A DNA stretch of 64,000 bases from Candidatus Eiseniibacteriota bacterium (lineage in GTDB: Bacteria; Eisenbacteria; RBG-16-71-46), in NCBI GenBank assembly GCA_041483195.1, contig JBGPFC010000009.1, positions 1 to 64,000 on the forward strand, in the 5' to 3' direction. Positions 16,812 through 28,656 of this stretch are shown here, piece after piece. The notes under the pieces were generated by a model. That model ran no database searches. It was not told the DNA's origin and was given only the letters and a program-made list of their open reading frames with translations. How positions within the stretch are numbered: position 1 is the stretch's first letter; the number at the start of each line of letters is the position of its first letter. Made by a program: the position numbers and the translations under genes.

Positions 16812-18271
16812 GCGCGACGGTTCGATGGAGTGCGCGCGTCGCGCCACGCGGTGAGGCGCGCGAGCAGCGTCTCGCGAAGGTTTCGCGACGGGTCATCGAG
16901 CACTTCCTCGAGGAGCGCTTCGAGCGCATCGCCCACCGCGCGCCCCGGCCCGACCCCGAGCACGCGCATCACGTCGCGACCGTCGACCGCGAGATCCGTG
17001 ACGCGGAGCGCGCGCGATTCCGCGAGCACGCGCTCGATGCGCTGCCGCATGACCTCGAGCATCGGGGGGAATCCGGCACTCGATCCGTTGCCCAGCACGT
17101 CCGCGATGCGCAGATCGAAGAGATCCGCGACCGCATCCTCGCCAACGCGGCGCAACCAGCGCCGCACCGCGGCATCCCCCCAGGCGGATCGAAAGTCGAA
17201 CATGTGCTCACGCACGAGATGCACGATCGCGCGCCGTCGCTCGATGGGGAATCGCAATCGCTCGAGCAGCCGGTCCGCGATTTCCGCACCGACGAACTGA
17301 TGGTTGTAGAACGTGCCTTCGCCGCCACGCTCGACCCGCGTGTCCGGTTTCCCGACGTCGTGCAACAGCGCCGCCCAGCGCACCACCGGCTTGTCGGCGG
17401 GAGCGGCATCGCAGGTGTGAAGGCTGTGCCAGTACACGTCGTATGCGTGATGCCGGTTCTGGGGCACGGCGACGGTGCGCTCGAGCTCGGGCAGCCACAG
17501 CGCGAGCAATCCGGCTTCGCGCATGAGCTCGAAGCCGGCGGACGGGCGGGGCGCCTGCATCATGCGCTCCAGCTCGTCACGCACGCGCTCGAGCGCGACC
17601 CGTTGCGCGCGGTCGATGGCCGCGCCGAGCGCCGCCCGCGTCGCGGGCTCGGGATCCATCTCGAGGGTGGCGGCGAGGCGCGCGACGCGCAGCGGACGCA
17701 ACGCGTCCTCGTGGAAGCGCGCCACCGGGTCTCCCACCGCGCGCAGCACGCGGCGTTCGAGATCGAGCACCCCGTGCTGCGGGTCGAGCAGCACGCCGCT
17801 CACCGGATCGAACGCGATCGCGTTCACGGTGAGATCGCGCCGCGCCAGGTCTTCCTCGGGATCGTTCGAGAACTCGACGGCGTCCGGATGCCGGGCGTCG
17901 GCGTACGCGCCCTCCCGGCGAAACGTCGTGACCTCGCACTCCAGCTCGGGCTCGACGATCAGCACCGTGCCGTGCCGGAGTCCGGTCGGCGCCACGCGCT
18001 CGAACCTCGACGTCACCTCGGCCGGGGTCAGGTCGGTGGCGATGTCCAGCACCGGCTCGCCGCCTCGGCCGAGCAGCGCGTCCCGCACGGCGCCCCCCAC
18101 CAGAAATGCCTGATGGCCGCCCGCGCGCAGTCGCTCGAGCACCGGAATCAGCGGCGCGGGCCAGCCATGCGAGACCAGCGCGGCGCGCGCGCGCGCCAAC
18201 GCCGGATCGAGCGCGAAATCTGCGGCGCGCGTGGTAGCATCCCGGCCGGCCTTCCGTTCGAACGGCATCAT
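16808..18271 (-). CDS. cca: Class II CCA-adding/tRNA nucleotidyltransferase with HD domain
   Basis: VGGAVRD, EVTTFR, EDLARRDLTVNAIA, EDALR and LLHDVGKP motifs. The DxD site reads VLD. Start uncertain. Confidence 0.87.
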   Translation of the reverse strand: MMPFERKAGRDATTRAADFALDPALARARAALVSHGWPAPLIPVLERLRAGGHQAFLVGGAVRDALLGRGGEPVLDIATDLTPAEVTSRFERVAPTGLRHGTVLIVEPELECEVTTFRREGAYADARHPDAVEFSNDPEEDLARRDLTVNAIAFDPVSGVLLDPQHGVLDLERRVLRAVGDPVARFHEDALRPLRVARLAATLEMDPEPATRAALGAAIDRAQRVALERVRDELERMMQAPRPSAGFELMREAGLLALWLPELERTVAVPQNRHHAYDVYWHSLHTCDAAPADKPVVRWAALLHDVGKPDTRVERGGEGTFYNHQFVGAEIADRLLERLRFPIERRRAIVHLVREHMFDFRSAWGDAAVRRWLRRVGEDAVADLFDLRIADVLGNGSSAGFPPMLEVMRQRIERVLAESRALRVTDLAVDGRDVMRVLGVGPGRAVGDALEALLEEVLDDPSRNLRETLLARLTAWRDARTPSNRRA

Positions 18272-18322
18272 GCGGCGGTCACCTCTCCCACGTTCGCCGT
18301 CTGCACGGCGAAGGATGCTGGC

Positions 18323-18679
18323 ATGAATCGCTGGACGTGCGCGTCGTGCGCGTCACTGGTCGCCTTCCTGATCACGGCTTCGCCGGCTCGCGCCGCGACG
18401 GACGCGGGGCGCGACCCCCCACCCGCGCGGGTCCGGGCATGGCAGACCGGCGCGTTTGCGCCCGATCGCCTCCAGCACGCATCGCTCGCGTTCAGTTCCG
18501 GCCTGGCGATCGGCATCCTCACCCGAGAACCGGTCGCCGCGGGCGGGGGAGCGCTCGCGCTCGGCGTCGCGAAGGAGCTGGCGGACCTCAGGCACGGCCG
18601 CCTCGATCGCGGGGATCTGCTCGCCGACCTGGTGGGCGCATCGTTCGCGGCGCTCGCAACCTCCCGGCTTCGCCGCTAA
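18323..18679 (+). CDS. Small membrane/exported protein, YfiM-like
   Basis: Signal-like N-terminus ending ARA, then DRLQH, GVAKELAD and GDLLADLVG, matching the DKxxH / KExxD / DxxxDxxG pattern. It is the only plus-strand gene, and its stop overlaps a convergent stop. Confidence 0.7.
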   Translation: MNRWTCASCASLVAFLITASPARAATDAGRDPPPARVRAWQTGAFAPDRLQHASLAFSSGLAIGILTREPVAAGGGALALGVAKELADLRHGRLDRGDLLADLVGASFAALATSRLRR

Positions 18680-19101
18680 CCAGGAGGCGGGCGCACCGGG
18701 GGATTCGGTCCCGAATTTCCGCCGCTCCCGCCGAATACGTTGTTGTTGTGCAGCGCCGCGCCGACCGCGACCAGAATGGCGCCGCCGCCGATCAGGCCGG
18801 TGCGCGTCCAGTCCACCGACCGCACCCAGAGCGACTTCACGTCGGCGAGGCCGAGCCCGAGCGTCGCGAATTCCTCGACGCGCGTCTCGACGTCGCGGTG
18901 CCGGAATCCCACGATGCTGTCCGCCGCGAAATTGGCGTAGTCGAATTCGTAAACCAGTCCGTCGACCGTGAGCACGCGAACGTGCTCGCGCTGGGGGCGC
19001 GACGCGTACTCCCCGCGTGGAATCTCGCGGAGCGCGGTGCATCCCGAGCTCGTGATCCAGGCGACACAGACCGCCGCGCGAGCAACGCGGTTCATCCGCA
19101 T
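18676..19101 (-). CDS. Hypothetical lipoprotein with C-terminal hydrophobic Gly-rich segment
   Basis: GGAGGAGG SD, basic N-terminus, lipobox-like SSGC, and TGLIGGGAILVAVGAAL near the C-terminus. Confidence 0.7.
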   Translation of the reverse strand: MRMNRVARAAVCVAWITSSGCTALREIPRGEYASRPQREHVRVLTVDGLVYEFDYANFAADSIVGFRHRDVETRVEEFATLGLGLADVKSLWVRSVDWTRTGLIGGGAILVAVGAALHNNNVFGGSGGNSGPNPPVRPPPG

Positions 19102-19221
19102 GCCAGACATCCTCCTCCGGTCAGGGTCGCCGCCGTCCGATCGATGCGGCCGCGAATGCCGAGCATAGCGGAATTGGAGGCCGGCCGCCCGCGACGCGCG
19201 CCGGTGAATTGGCGGCCGCGC

Positions 19222-19557
19222 TCAGCGCCAGAAGAGAATGCGGCCGCAGCTCGCGCAGAGCGTGAGCGATTCCTCGCTGCCGGGGGTGGCGGATGTCGGC
19301 AGTGTCACGAAACACCCGAGGCACACCCGCTCTCGGACCGGAACCACGCCGCGGCCGTAGCGCTTCAGCGCCCGCAGGTAATGCTGCACCCATCGCCGGT
19401 CCACGCCCGCGACCAGACGCTCGCGGGCTCGTGCGAGCCCGTTCAGATCGCGGAGCGTGTAGCCTAGCTTGCGCAGCCGCGCGACCGAAGCTGCATCGCT
19501 CAGTTCTCGCAGCAGCAGGTCCAGGTCGTGGAGCCTAAGGACGGTGGCGACGCTCAC
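19222..19557 (-). CDS. Short C4-type zinc-ribbon protein (CT398/HP0958-like C-terminal domain)
   Basis: Y..L.K.YG.GVVPV, CLGC and CASCGRIL. GTG overlaps the EIIA stop. Confidence 0.82.
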   Translation of the reverse strand: MSVATVLRLHDLDLLLRELSDAASVARLRKLGYTLRDLNGLARARERLVAGVDRRWVQHYLRALKRYGRGVVPVRERVCLGCFVTLPTSATPGSEESLTLCASCGRILFWR

Positions 19558-20030
19558 GAAACCCCCTCACGCAGCAGGGCCGCGACGCTCTCGACCCCCT
19601 CGGCGTCGATCAGCTTCTGCCGGCTGCGCTGAAGTCGCGTCATCGCGACGGCGCGGGCCAGCAAGTCGTGATGGGCGTCCTCGCTCGAATCGGGGGGTGA
19701 GAGCGCGAGCAGCACCAGGTGAACGCGCAGCCCGTCGGGCGCACCCCAATCGATCCCGCGACGGCATCGCGCCACGAACAGGCGGGGCTCGAGCACGGCG
19801 AACGAGCGGGCCGCCGGGACCGCCACACCCTTCCCGATCGCGGAGCCGCAGAAGCGTTCCCGGCGGAGCAGCGTCTCGCTGAGCAACGCGGGATCACGCA
19901 CCGCGCCGGCGCGAGCGGCGGCATGCACCAGCTCGTGTAGGATCGATTCCTTGCGTTTGGGTCTGAGGTCCGGGATGTAGAGCGAGGGGTCGACAACCGA
20001 AGGGACCAGCACCGTCGACATCGGTCTCAT
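19554..20030 (-). CDS. PTS EIIA (Fru/Mtl/Ntr-type) domain protein lacking the phospho-His
   Basis: KESILHELV, LLRRE..GSAIGKGVAVPAAR, GIDWGAPDG..VHLV. GGAGG SD. Confidence 0.85.
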   Translation of the reverse strand: MRPMSTVLVPSVVDPSLYIPDLRPKRKESILHELVHAAARAGAVRDPALLSETLLRRERFCGSAIGKGVAVPAARSFAVLEPRLFVARCRRGIDWGAPDGLRVHLVLLALSPPDSSEDAHHDLLARAVAMTRLQRSRQKLIDAEGVESVAALLREGVS

Positions 20031-20081
20031 GTCCTCCGCTGACGGAGAACACTAGCAGAATTCCGGGCGCGCCCGCCAGCC

Positions 20082-20645
20082 TCACGCCGCGCGCGCCCGG
20101 CCCGGGCTCCTGAAGCGGTCGGGCGGCCGGATCAGGCGGACCGCCAGCCACGCGGAACCCAGGCCCACCGCGAGCCCCGCGAGCACGTCGGTGCAGAAAT
20201 GCCGGTTGAGGTAGACGCGAGAGATCGAAATGACGAGCGCGCCCAGCCACGCGGCCGGCGCGACGCGGCGCCAGCGCCTGCCGATGACCGCCGCGATCGC
20301 CGCGGCGTTGGCGGCATGACTCGAGGGAAATGACGAATTGCTGCGCTTGCGCTCTCCGTCCGGACGTTCGCGATTCACCGCCCACTTGAGGCCTTCGACC
20401 ACCAGGTTGGTGGGCGCGAGCGCGAGCAACGCGAGTCGCACGGTCGCCGGCCCGGCGACCGCGTCGAAGACCGCGATCGCGAGCAATGCCCCGAGCACCA
20501 CCTCGGGGCGGCCGATGTCGCTCGCCGCGCGCATCGGCCGCTCGAGCGCCGGACGCCGCGACTCCTGAATCGCGCGCTGCAGCGTGCGGTCGATCTGCAC
20601 CACCGACGAGAGCAGCGCGAGCGCGAGGGCGATGCGCGCGATCAT
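20082..20645 (-). CDS. PAP2-family phosphatase
   Basis: KWAVNRERP, SFPSSHA and SRVYLNRHFCTDV motifs. Confidence 0.92.
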   Translation of the reverse strand: MIARIALALALLSSVVQIDRTLQRAIQESRRPALERPMRAASDIGRPEVVLGALLAIAVFDAVAGPATVRLALLALAPTNLVVEGLKWAVNRERPDGERKRSNSSFPSSHAANAAAIAAVIGRRWRRVAPAAWLGALVISISRVYLNRHFCTDVLAGLAVGLGSAWLAVRLIRPPDRFRSPGRARAA

Positions 20646-22936
20646 GATGCGTCCACGCGGATCAGCCCGCTCGCCGGAAGCCACCCCTCGATGCCGCGCC
20701 CCGCCTCCACCCGGACGCGATCCCCGGCGCGGCTCAGGATCCGCACGACCTGGCCGGGCTCCAGCTCGAGCCCCGGGCCGGCAAGGGTGGCCGCGCCCTC
20801 CAGCACGGCCGCCGGGATGCGCGCGGCGACCCAGCCCTGGAATGGAAACACGGCAGCGCACGTGACGGCGAGCGCCAGCGCGGCGACCGACGGGACGCGG
20901 CGCGGCCAGAATCCCCCCGCGGCCGCGCCGAACACGAGGGCCAGCACGCTCCACTCGATGCGTCGCACCGGCCAACGGGCGCTCGTCGCCCCGCTCAGAC
21001 CACCCGCCTCGCGCACGCGCTCGCGGACCCAGCCCAGAGCTGGATCGCGCGGCCCCAGGATTTCCCCGCGCACCACCCAGGCGGAGGCCGGCCCCACCTG
21101 GCCGCCACGAACCTCCGCCCACGCGAGTCGGGCCGCGAGGCCCGGAGTGCGCGCTCCGCGCTCCCAGAGCGCGAGCCAGACGCGTCGTGCCCGCTCGAGA
21201 TCGCCGGCCCGCGCCGCGGCATCGGCGCCGCCGGCCTCGACGCGTTCGCGTATCCCGCCCGGGCCCGGCCCGAGCATCACGGCCAGGACGATCGCGGCGG
21301 CGGCCAGCACCAGGGCGCTCGCCCGCTGCGGCCAGGTCGGGATCGCGCGCGGCAGGGCATCGCCGAGCTCCGCGACCAGGCGGCGGCGCACCGCCTCCTC
21401 GTCAGCCCCCGCCCGCGCGTAACGGGCCGCGGAGATTTCGCGCCGCAGACCTGAGATGGGGCGGCCTCGCGCCTCGAGCCACGCGCTCGCCTGCTCCGAG
21501 GCCTGCCAGAAATCCGGACCGCGCGCGAGCCCGACCGCGCGCAGCCACTCGCGCTGGCGCGCGCGGTCGGCCGCGTCCGCGGGGACCCTGCGGCTCCGCC
21601 GCCAGAGCGTGAGCGAGGCGCCGAGCGCGAGCCCGGACACCGCCCACGCCCACGGTGCCACCGGGCGCGCGGTCGGATCGAGCGGATGGTCCGCGAACAT
21701 CGTCGGAAACAATTCGGAGGCGGCCTCCCCCGAGTAGAGCGGCGGTCCGACGCTCACCACCAGCGGTCGCAGCGACACGCGGCCGTAGGCCGCGGTCGCG
21801 GGATCGAACCACGCGAACGATGGCGCCTCGATCGTCAGGTCCCCCTGGCGCCGCGGCAACAGCGTCCACTGGAAACGCCGTCGGCCGGACGCGAGCGATC
21901 CCGGCGCACCGAGACTGTCTTCGACGGCCCCCGTGAACGGCTCGAAGTCGCGAGGGGTGAGCGCGGGCGTATGGAGCAGCGGCAGGTTCCCGACCCCGCG
22001 CACCTCGAGGCGAACCGTGACCGGAACGTCTTGCGAGGTGCGGGTGCGATCCGCGGTGAATGCCACCGTGAAGCTGCCCACCGCGCCGTCGAAGCCGGGC
22101 GGCGCGCCGGCGGGCAACTCGCGCACCTGCACGCGGACCGGCGGGCTCTTGAGGGTGAGCTCGCGACGCGGAACCCGGCCACCCAGCCAGCCGAACGGAT
22201 CGAGCACCGGTCCGGGGGTCGCCAGCGCGACGCTCGCCACCGCCTCGCCCACCGTCGCATCGCCCACCGCGAGCGCATAGAGCCGCGCGCGCGTTTCGGT
22301 GACCAGGACCCGTTGCGGCCCCTGCGCCGCGTAGTAAGACTCCGGCTCGCTGAAGCGCTCCGACCAGAATCCGGGAGTCGCCGGAGGCGTGTACTGCGGG
22401 TCCTCCGCGAGCGGCGAGCGTTGAATGAGGCGCACCCGCAGCAGGAGCGGCTGGCCGACGTACGGCCGCGCCGGCGTCACCTCCGCGATCAGCGAGGCCG
22501 GACCACTCCCCGCGTTTCCGACCGGAGTCGGCGCGGCGCTCACGGTCAGATCGATCGCCGGACTCTCGTAGATCTGCCCGCCCACCCGCACGTGAATCGG
22601 GCCGACCGTGTATCGTCCCGCCCCGGTCGGAGCGATCTCATACCGAAAGACGGTCTCGCTGTTGCTGCGCCCGTTCACCCACGAGAAATTCTGCATGCGC
22701 CCGCTGCTGAGCACGTCCACGCCCTGCGGGACGTTGAGCTCCGGTTCGGAGATGTTCCCGCTCGCGCCTCGCACCACGACCTCGAGCGTGGTCGTCTCGC
22801 CGGCGGCAAGCACGCGTCTTTCCACGCGAGCCTGCACCTCGACCGATGACGACGCCGGCCGTGCGCCGGTCACGACGACCATCGCAACGGTCGCCAGCAC
22901 CACGCACGAGGCGATTCGACCGCCGCGCGGCCTCAC
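20642..22936 (-). CDS. batD: BatD-family protein with C-terminal BatE-like (TPR-like plus SH3) region
   Basis: Signal peptide, repeated beta-rich BatD-type domains (PYVGQP, FDGAVGSF, G.GNL, FAWFDP), TM helices, and terminal VRVEAGRGIEGWLP. Located in the bat operon. Confidence 0.8.
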   Translation of the reverse strand: MRPRGGRIASCVVLATVAMVVVTGARPASSSVEVQARVERRVLAAGETTTLEVVVRGASGNISEPELNVPQGVDVLSSGRMQNFSWVNGRSNSETVFRYEIAPTGAGRYTVGPIHVRVGGQIYESPAIDLTVSAAPTPVGNAGSGPASLIAEVTPARPYVGQPLLLRVRLIQRSPLAEDPQYTPPATPGFWSERFSEPESYYAAQGPQRVLVTETRARLYALAVGDATVGEAVASVALATPGPVLDPFGWLGGRVPRRELTLKSPPVRVQVRELPAGAPPGFDGAVGSFTVAFTADRTRTSQDVPVTVRLEVRGVGNLPLLHTPALTPRDFEPFTGAVEDSLGAPGSLASGRRRFQWTLLPRRQGDLTIEAPSFAWFDPATAAYGRVSLRPLVVSVGPPLYSGEAASELFPTMFADHPLDPTARPVAPWAWAVSGLALGASLTLWRRSRRVPADAADRARQREWLRAVGLARGPDFWQASEQASAWLEARGRPISGLRREISAARYARAGADEEAVRRRLVAELGDALPRAIPTWPQRASALVLAAAAIVLAVMLGPGPGGIRERVEAGGADAAARAGDLERARRVWLALWERGARTPGLAARLAWAEVRGGQVGPASAWVVRGEILGPRDPALGWVRERVREAGGLSGATSARWPVRRIEWSVLALVFGAAAGGFWPRRVPSVAALALAVTCAAVFPFQGWVAARIPAAVLEGAATLAGPGLELEPGQVVRILSRAGDRVRVEAGRGIEGWLPASGLIRVDAS

Positions 22937-24669
22937 CAGTCCTTCCCCCGTTTCTCGCGCATCACCCGCACCGGATGCTGCCGCTGTTGCTCGGACCGGG
23001 CCAACTCCTGAAGCGCACCCAGCAACTGCTCCGCCTGCTCGCGCGTCATCTGGCCGCCGCCGCCCTGCGGCGGTGGCGAGGCGGTCGACGGCCCCACCTG
23101 CGGCGCGGGCGCAGGCGCAGGCCCGCTCCCCGGGCTAGGCTGCTGCTGCGCGCTCTGCGGGGATCCGCCCGCATTCGAGGGCTGGTGGCGGGGTGTCTGC
23201 GATTTCTGTTCGCGCTCCCGCTCCCGCTTGCGGCGCATCAGTACCTCGAAATTCCAGCGCGCGTCTTCGTCGCCCGGGTCGCGTTCGAGCGTGCGGCGCA
23301 GCGCCTCCATCGCCGGATTGAATTGTCCGCGCTCGCCGAGCACGGTGCCGAGATTGTAGCGCGCCGTGCCGCCGACCGGACCCTCCCGCCCGGTGAAGCG
23401 CTGAAGCTCGCGCTCCGCATCCTCGCGCCGCCCCTCGAGCGCGACGGCGGTCGCACGGTTCACGAGCACCTCGGCGGGGGCCCCGCGCTTCGCGCGCATT
23501 GCGTACAGCGATTCGGCCTCGGCATATCGCCCCGCACGAAACGCCCGGTCCGCGCGGGCCCAGGCGCTCTGTGCGCGCGCCGGGACCGGGAGCAACGTGA
23601 GCAGCGCGAGCAGCGCGGCCGCGGCCGCGCCGCGCTCGGAGTGAAGTTGAGGCGAAGCTTCCAATTCCCGGCGCACGCGGCGGCGCGGGCGCGCGAACTC
23701 CAGCGCGAGCAGGAGCGCGGCGAGCGCCGCGCACGCCGGGAAGCGCGCGACCGGGCGCTCGACCAGCCGCTCCCCCCGCCCCGAGCGCGAGAGGCTCCCG
23801 AGCGCGGAGAGCAGCCTGGGCAGCTCGCCGCCCGGGCGCGAGGCCGCGAAGTATCCCCCGTGCGTCTGACGGGCGAGCGCGCGCAGGAGCGCCTCGTCGA
23901 GCCGGCTTCGGACGGCGGCTCCCCCCTCGTCGCGCTTGATGTCGGTCGTGCGTCCCTGATCGTCGAGTACCGGGATCACGTCCCCGGTCGGCGTGCCCAC
24001 GCCCACGGCGAACACGCGAATTCCGGTGCTAGCGAGCTCCTCGATCGCGGCGCGGGCGCCCTGCTCCAGGTCCTCGCCATCGGTCCAGATCAGGATGGCC
24101 TGCTCCTCGCGGCGTCCCGACGGCATCAGGCGCCGCGCCGCCCGCAGGGCCCGCCCGAGATCGGTCCCGGGATCGCTCACCGAGTTGCTGGACAACGCCT
24201 CGATCGTGAGCCGCGCCGCGGCGAGGTCCTGGGTCAGCGGACAGAGCCGTACCGCGTCGCCGGCGAACGCGACGATGCCCACTCGGCTCCCGCCGAGTCG
24301 ATCGAGCACCGCGAGCGCCTCGCGCCGCGCTTCGCCGAGCCGGCTGGGCGGCACGTCGCGCACGTCCATGCTGGCGGAGACATCCATCACCATCACCAGG
24401 TCGGAGCCGCTCGCGCTGCGCCGGACCAGTTCCCGTCCCCATTCCGGTGAAGCGGCGCCGACCAGCAGCAACCCGAGCGCCGCCATTCGCAGCATGCTGC
24501 TCGTCCGTCGCTGCCCGATCCGGCGTTGCTCGAGCAGCGGATGCGCCTCGCGATCGCCGACCAGCCGCTTGATCGCGCGCTCGGCGCTCACGATCGCACG
24601 CCACTCGAGCACGAACAGAATCGGCAGGCCGGCGAGCCCCCACACCCAGCGGACGTCCGCGAAGATCAT
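22933..24669 (-). CDS. batB: vWA (BatB-like) protein fused to TPR (BatC-like) domain
   Basis: MIDAS DVSASM, PSRL, PLTQD, TDGED, then TPR helices (ARYNLG, DEDARWNFE), a Q/P-rich linker and a C-terminal KDW. Confidence 0.85.
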   Translation of the reverse strand: MIFADVRWVWGLAGLPILFVLEWRAIVSAERAIKRLVGDREAHPLLEQRRIGQRRTSSMLRMAALGLLLVGAASPEWGRELVRRSASGSDLVMVMDVSASMDVRDVPPSRLGEARREALAVLDRLGGSRVGIVAFAGDAVRLCPLTQDLAAARLTIEALSSNSVSDPGTDLGRALRAARRLMPSGRREEQAILIWTDGEDLEQGARAAIEELASTGIRVFAVGVGTPTGDVIPVLDDQGRTTDIKRDEGGAAVRSRLDEALLRALARQTHGGYFAASRPGGELPRLLSALGSLSRSGRGERLVERPVARFPACAALAALLLALEFARPRRRVRRELEASPQLHSERGAAAAALLALLTLLPVPARAQSAWARADRAFRAGRYAEAESLYAMRAKRGAPAEVLVNRATAVALEGRREDAERELQRFTGREGPVGGTARYNLGTVLGERGQFNPAMEALRRTLERDPGDEDARWNFEVLMRRKREREREQKSQTPRHQPSNAGGSPQSAQQQPSPGSGPAPAPAPQVGPSTASPPPQGGGGQMTREQAEQLLGALQELARSEQQRQHPVRVMREKRGKDW

Positions 24670-24682
24670 CGGGGGTCTCCGT

Positions 24683-25660
24683 TCACGGCAGCCGGAAGAA
24701 CAGCGTGGTGACGAGCAGCGCGTGCAGCCCGAGCGCGACCGCGGCCATCGCGAGCAGGATCGGGCCCAGGTCGCGATACTCGCGATACACGATCGCACGG
24801 ATCGGCGCGCGCTCGAGGCGGTCGATCTCGCCGTAGATCTGGGAGAGCGCCGCCGAATCCTGCGCGCGGAAGAAGCGTCCCCCGGTGCGTTGCGCGATTT
24901 CCTCAAGCGTGCCCTCGTCGACGTCCATCCGCACCATCTCGATCCGGCGACCGCGCACCGGGTCGTCGACCGGCACCGGGACCACGCCGCCGCGCCCCAC
25001 CAGCACCGTGTACACGCGGATCCCGAAGGCCCGGGCCAGATCGGCGCCGGTGAGCGGATCGATCGCGCCCCGGTTGTTCTGGCCGTCGGTCAGCAGCACC
25101 ACCACCCTGCTCGGCGTGCGGCTGCTGCGCAGTCCCGACACCGCGGTCGCGAGCCCCATCCCGATCGCGGTTCCATCCTCGGCCAGACCGAAATCGAGAC
25201 CGGACAACAGCTCGAGCAGAGAGTCGTGATCGAGCGTGAGCGGGCATTGCGTGAAGGCGGTGGCCGCGAACGCGACCAGGCCCAGCCGGTCGTGCGCGCG
25301 CTGGCGCACGAATTCGCGAGCGGTTTCCTTCGCGACGTAGAGCCGGTTGAGCGGGCGGAAATCCTCGGCGGCCATGCTGGGAGAGATGTCGAGCGCGAGC
25401 ATAATGTCCACTCCGCGGGTCTCGGTCTCGCTCTGTCGGATTCCCTGCTGTGGGCGCCCGAGCGCGAGCAGCGCCAGCACCAGCGAGAGCCATGGCAGCA
25501 CGGCCGTCGCGCGCAACAGCGCGGCGCCCAGCGTCCCGCCCCAGCGGCCGATGCGCACCCACAACACCGCCGGCGCCCGCACCGCGGGGCGATTGCGCCG
25601 CACCAGCAGCAACGGCACCACGAGCAACGCGAGCAGCCACCACGGTTGATCCCAGCGCAT
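24683..25660 (-). CDS. batA: vWA domain protein BatA
   Basis: LALGRPQ, GVDIMLALDISPSM, PLTLDH, DGTAIG, LLTDGQNNRG and IDRLE motifs. Confidence 0.9.
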   Translation of the reverse strand: MRWDQPWWLLALLVVPLLLVRRNRPAVRAPAVLWVRIGRWGGTLGAALLRATAVLPWLSLVLALLALGRPQQGIRQSETETRGVDIMLALDISPSMAAEDFRPLNRLYVAKETAREFVRQRAHDRLGLVAFAATAFTQCPLTLDHDSLLELLSGLDFGLAEDGTAIGMGLATAVSGLRSSRTPSRVVVLLTDGQNNRGAIDPLTGADLARAFGIRVYTVLVGRGGVVPVPVDDPVRGRRIEMVRMDVDEGTLEEIAQRTGGRFFRAQDSAALSQIYGEIDRLERAPIRAIVYREYRDLGPILLAMAAVALGLHALLVTTLFFRLP

Positions 25661-26669
25661 CAGGCCGCCTGCCCGCGAGGCGCCGGCGAGAGACGCCGCA
25701 CCAGCTTCTCCACGGCGTCTTCGGCGCGCGCGGCCTCCTCCCGAGTCTCGGGAGCACGCGCGAATTTCACGCGGTCCCAGAAGCGCATCAGGCCCTCGAT
25801 CCGCTCCAGGTCGGAACGATCGAGCGCGGCGATCTCGAGATGCCGCACGAACTCGGGCGTGGTGTCCCCCGGTCGTGGCGTCCCGGCGGTCGCCTCGAGG
25901 AAGCGCCGCACGATGCGCCCGAGCTGAAACGCATGCTCGGAGAATCGCTCCTGTTCGGGGAGCGCGAGGCGACGGAGCGCGGCCAGCGCCGCGAGCGCTT
26001 CGGCGGCCGGGTCGCGGGGGGCCCGCGCCGGCACGACCGCGGGCGCCGCGCGCCGCCTGCGCCGGCGCAGCGCGACCACCGCCGCGATCAGAGCGGCCAG
26101 CCCGATCACCACGAATGCCACGCGCAGCCAGGGCACCCGTTCCCACCACGGAGCGGCGAGCGGACCGCGCGGCGGACGCAGGTCCGCGGCGCTGTCCGCC
26201 GCGGAGAGCACCGGCGCGACGAGCATCCGCAGCGTGGGCAGCCGGGCGAGCCGTGGTCCCGAGCCGTCGTCGATCTCGACGCGGAGTCCGGGGATCGCGA
26301 CCTCGCCCAGCGCGAAACACTGGACCCCGAGATCGACGAACAGCGTATCGGCCGCCGCGTAATCGTAGCGACCGGCGGGATCGGCGGCACGGCGCGTTCC
26401 GATCCGGGGCTTCGACCGCGTCTCGAGCGGTCCCCAACTAAGGACGCCCCCGGATTCGGGGGGCAGGAAGCGAATGCGGCCGGGGCCGCCGCCGGTGATC
26501 CACCCGTGGTACGCGACGCGCTCGCCCAGCTTCGCGACGTTCCGGCTGAGCCCCGCGCTCACCGCGTACGGCTGGCGCGGTACGCGGGGCGGCGCGTGAA
26601 TCTCCGCGCGCGCCACCCGGGTCGCGCCGGCGAGCAGCGCCGCGATCAGCAGTCGCCGCGCCGCGCGCG

Positions 26670-26673
<4 letters not shown>
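25660..26673 (-). CDS. Hypothetical membrane protein of the bat operon
   Basis: Signal peptide, TM followed by RRRRRR, TTPEF and DRVKFA, typical of the gene between DUF58 and batA. Coupled starts and stops. Confidence 0.75.
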
Positions 26674-28540
<1,867 letters not shown>

Positions 28541-28601
28541 CGACGGATCCTCTCGATCGAATGGAAATGAAGAAGCGGCGCCAGTGTTCACCGGACGCCG
28601 C

Positions 28602-28630
28602 AGTATAGCCAACGCTGAGGTGCGGTCCAA
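28602..28630 (-). promoter_or_regulatory. Sigma70-type promoter for the moxR/bat operon
   Basis: TTGGAC-N17-TATACT. Confidence 0.55.
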
Positions 28631-28656
28631 TGCGCGGCGCGGGCCGCGCGAACGGA

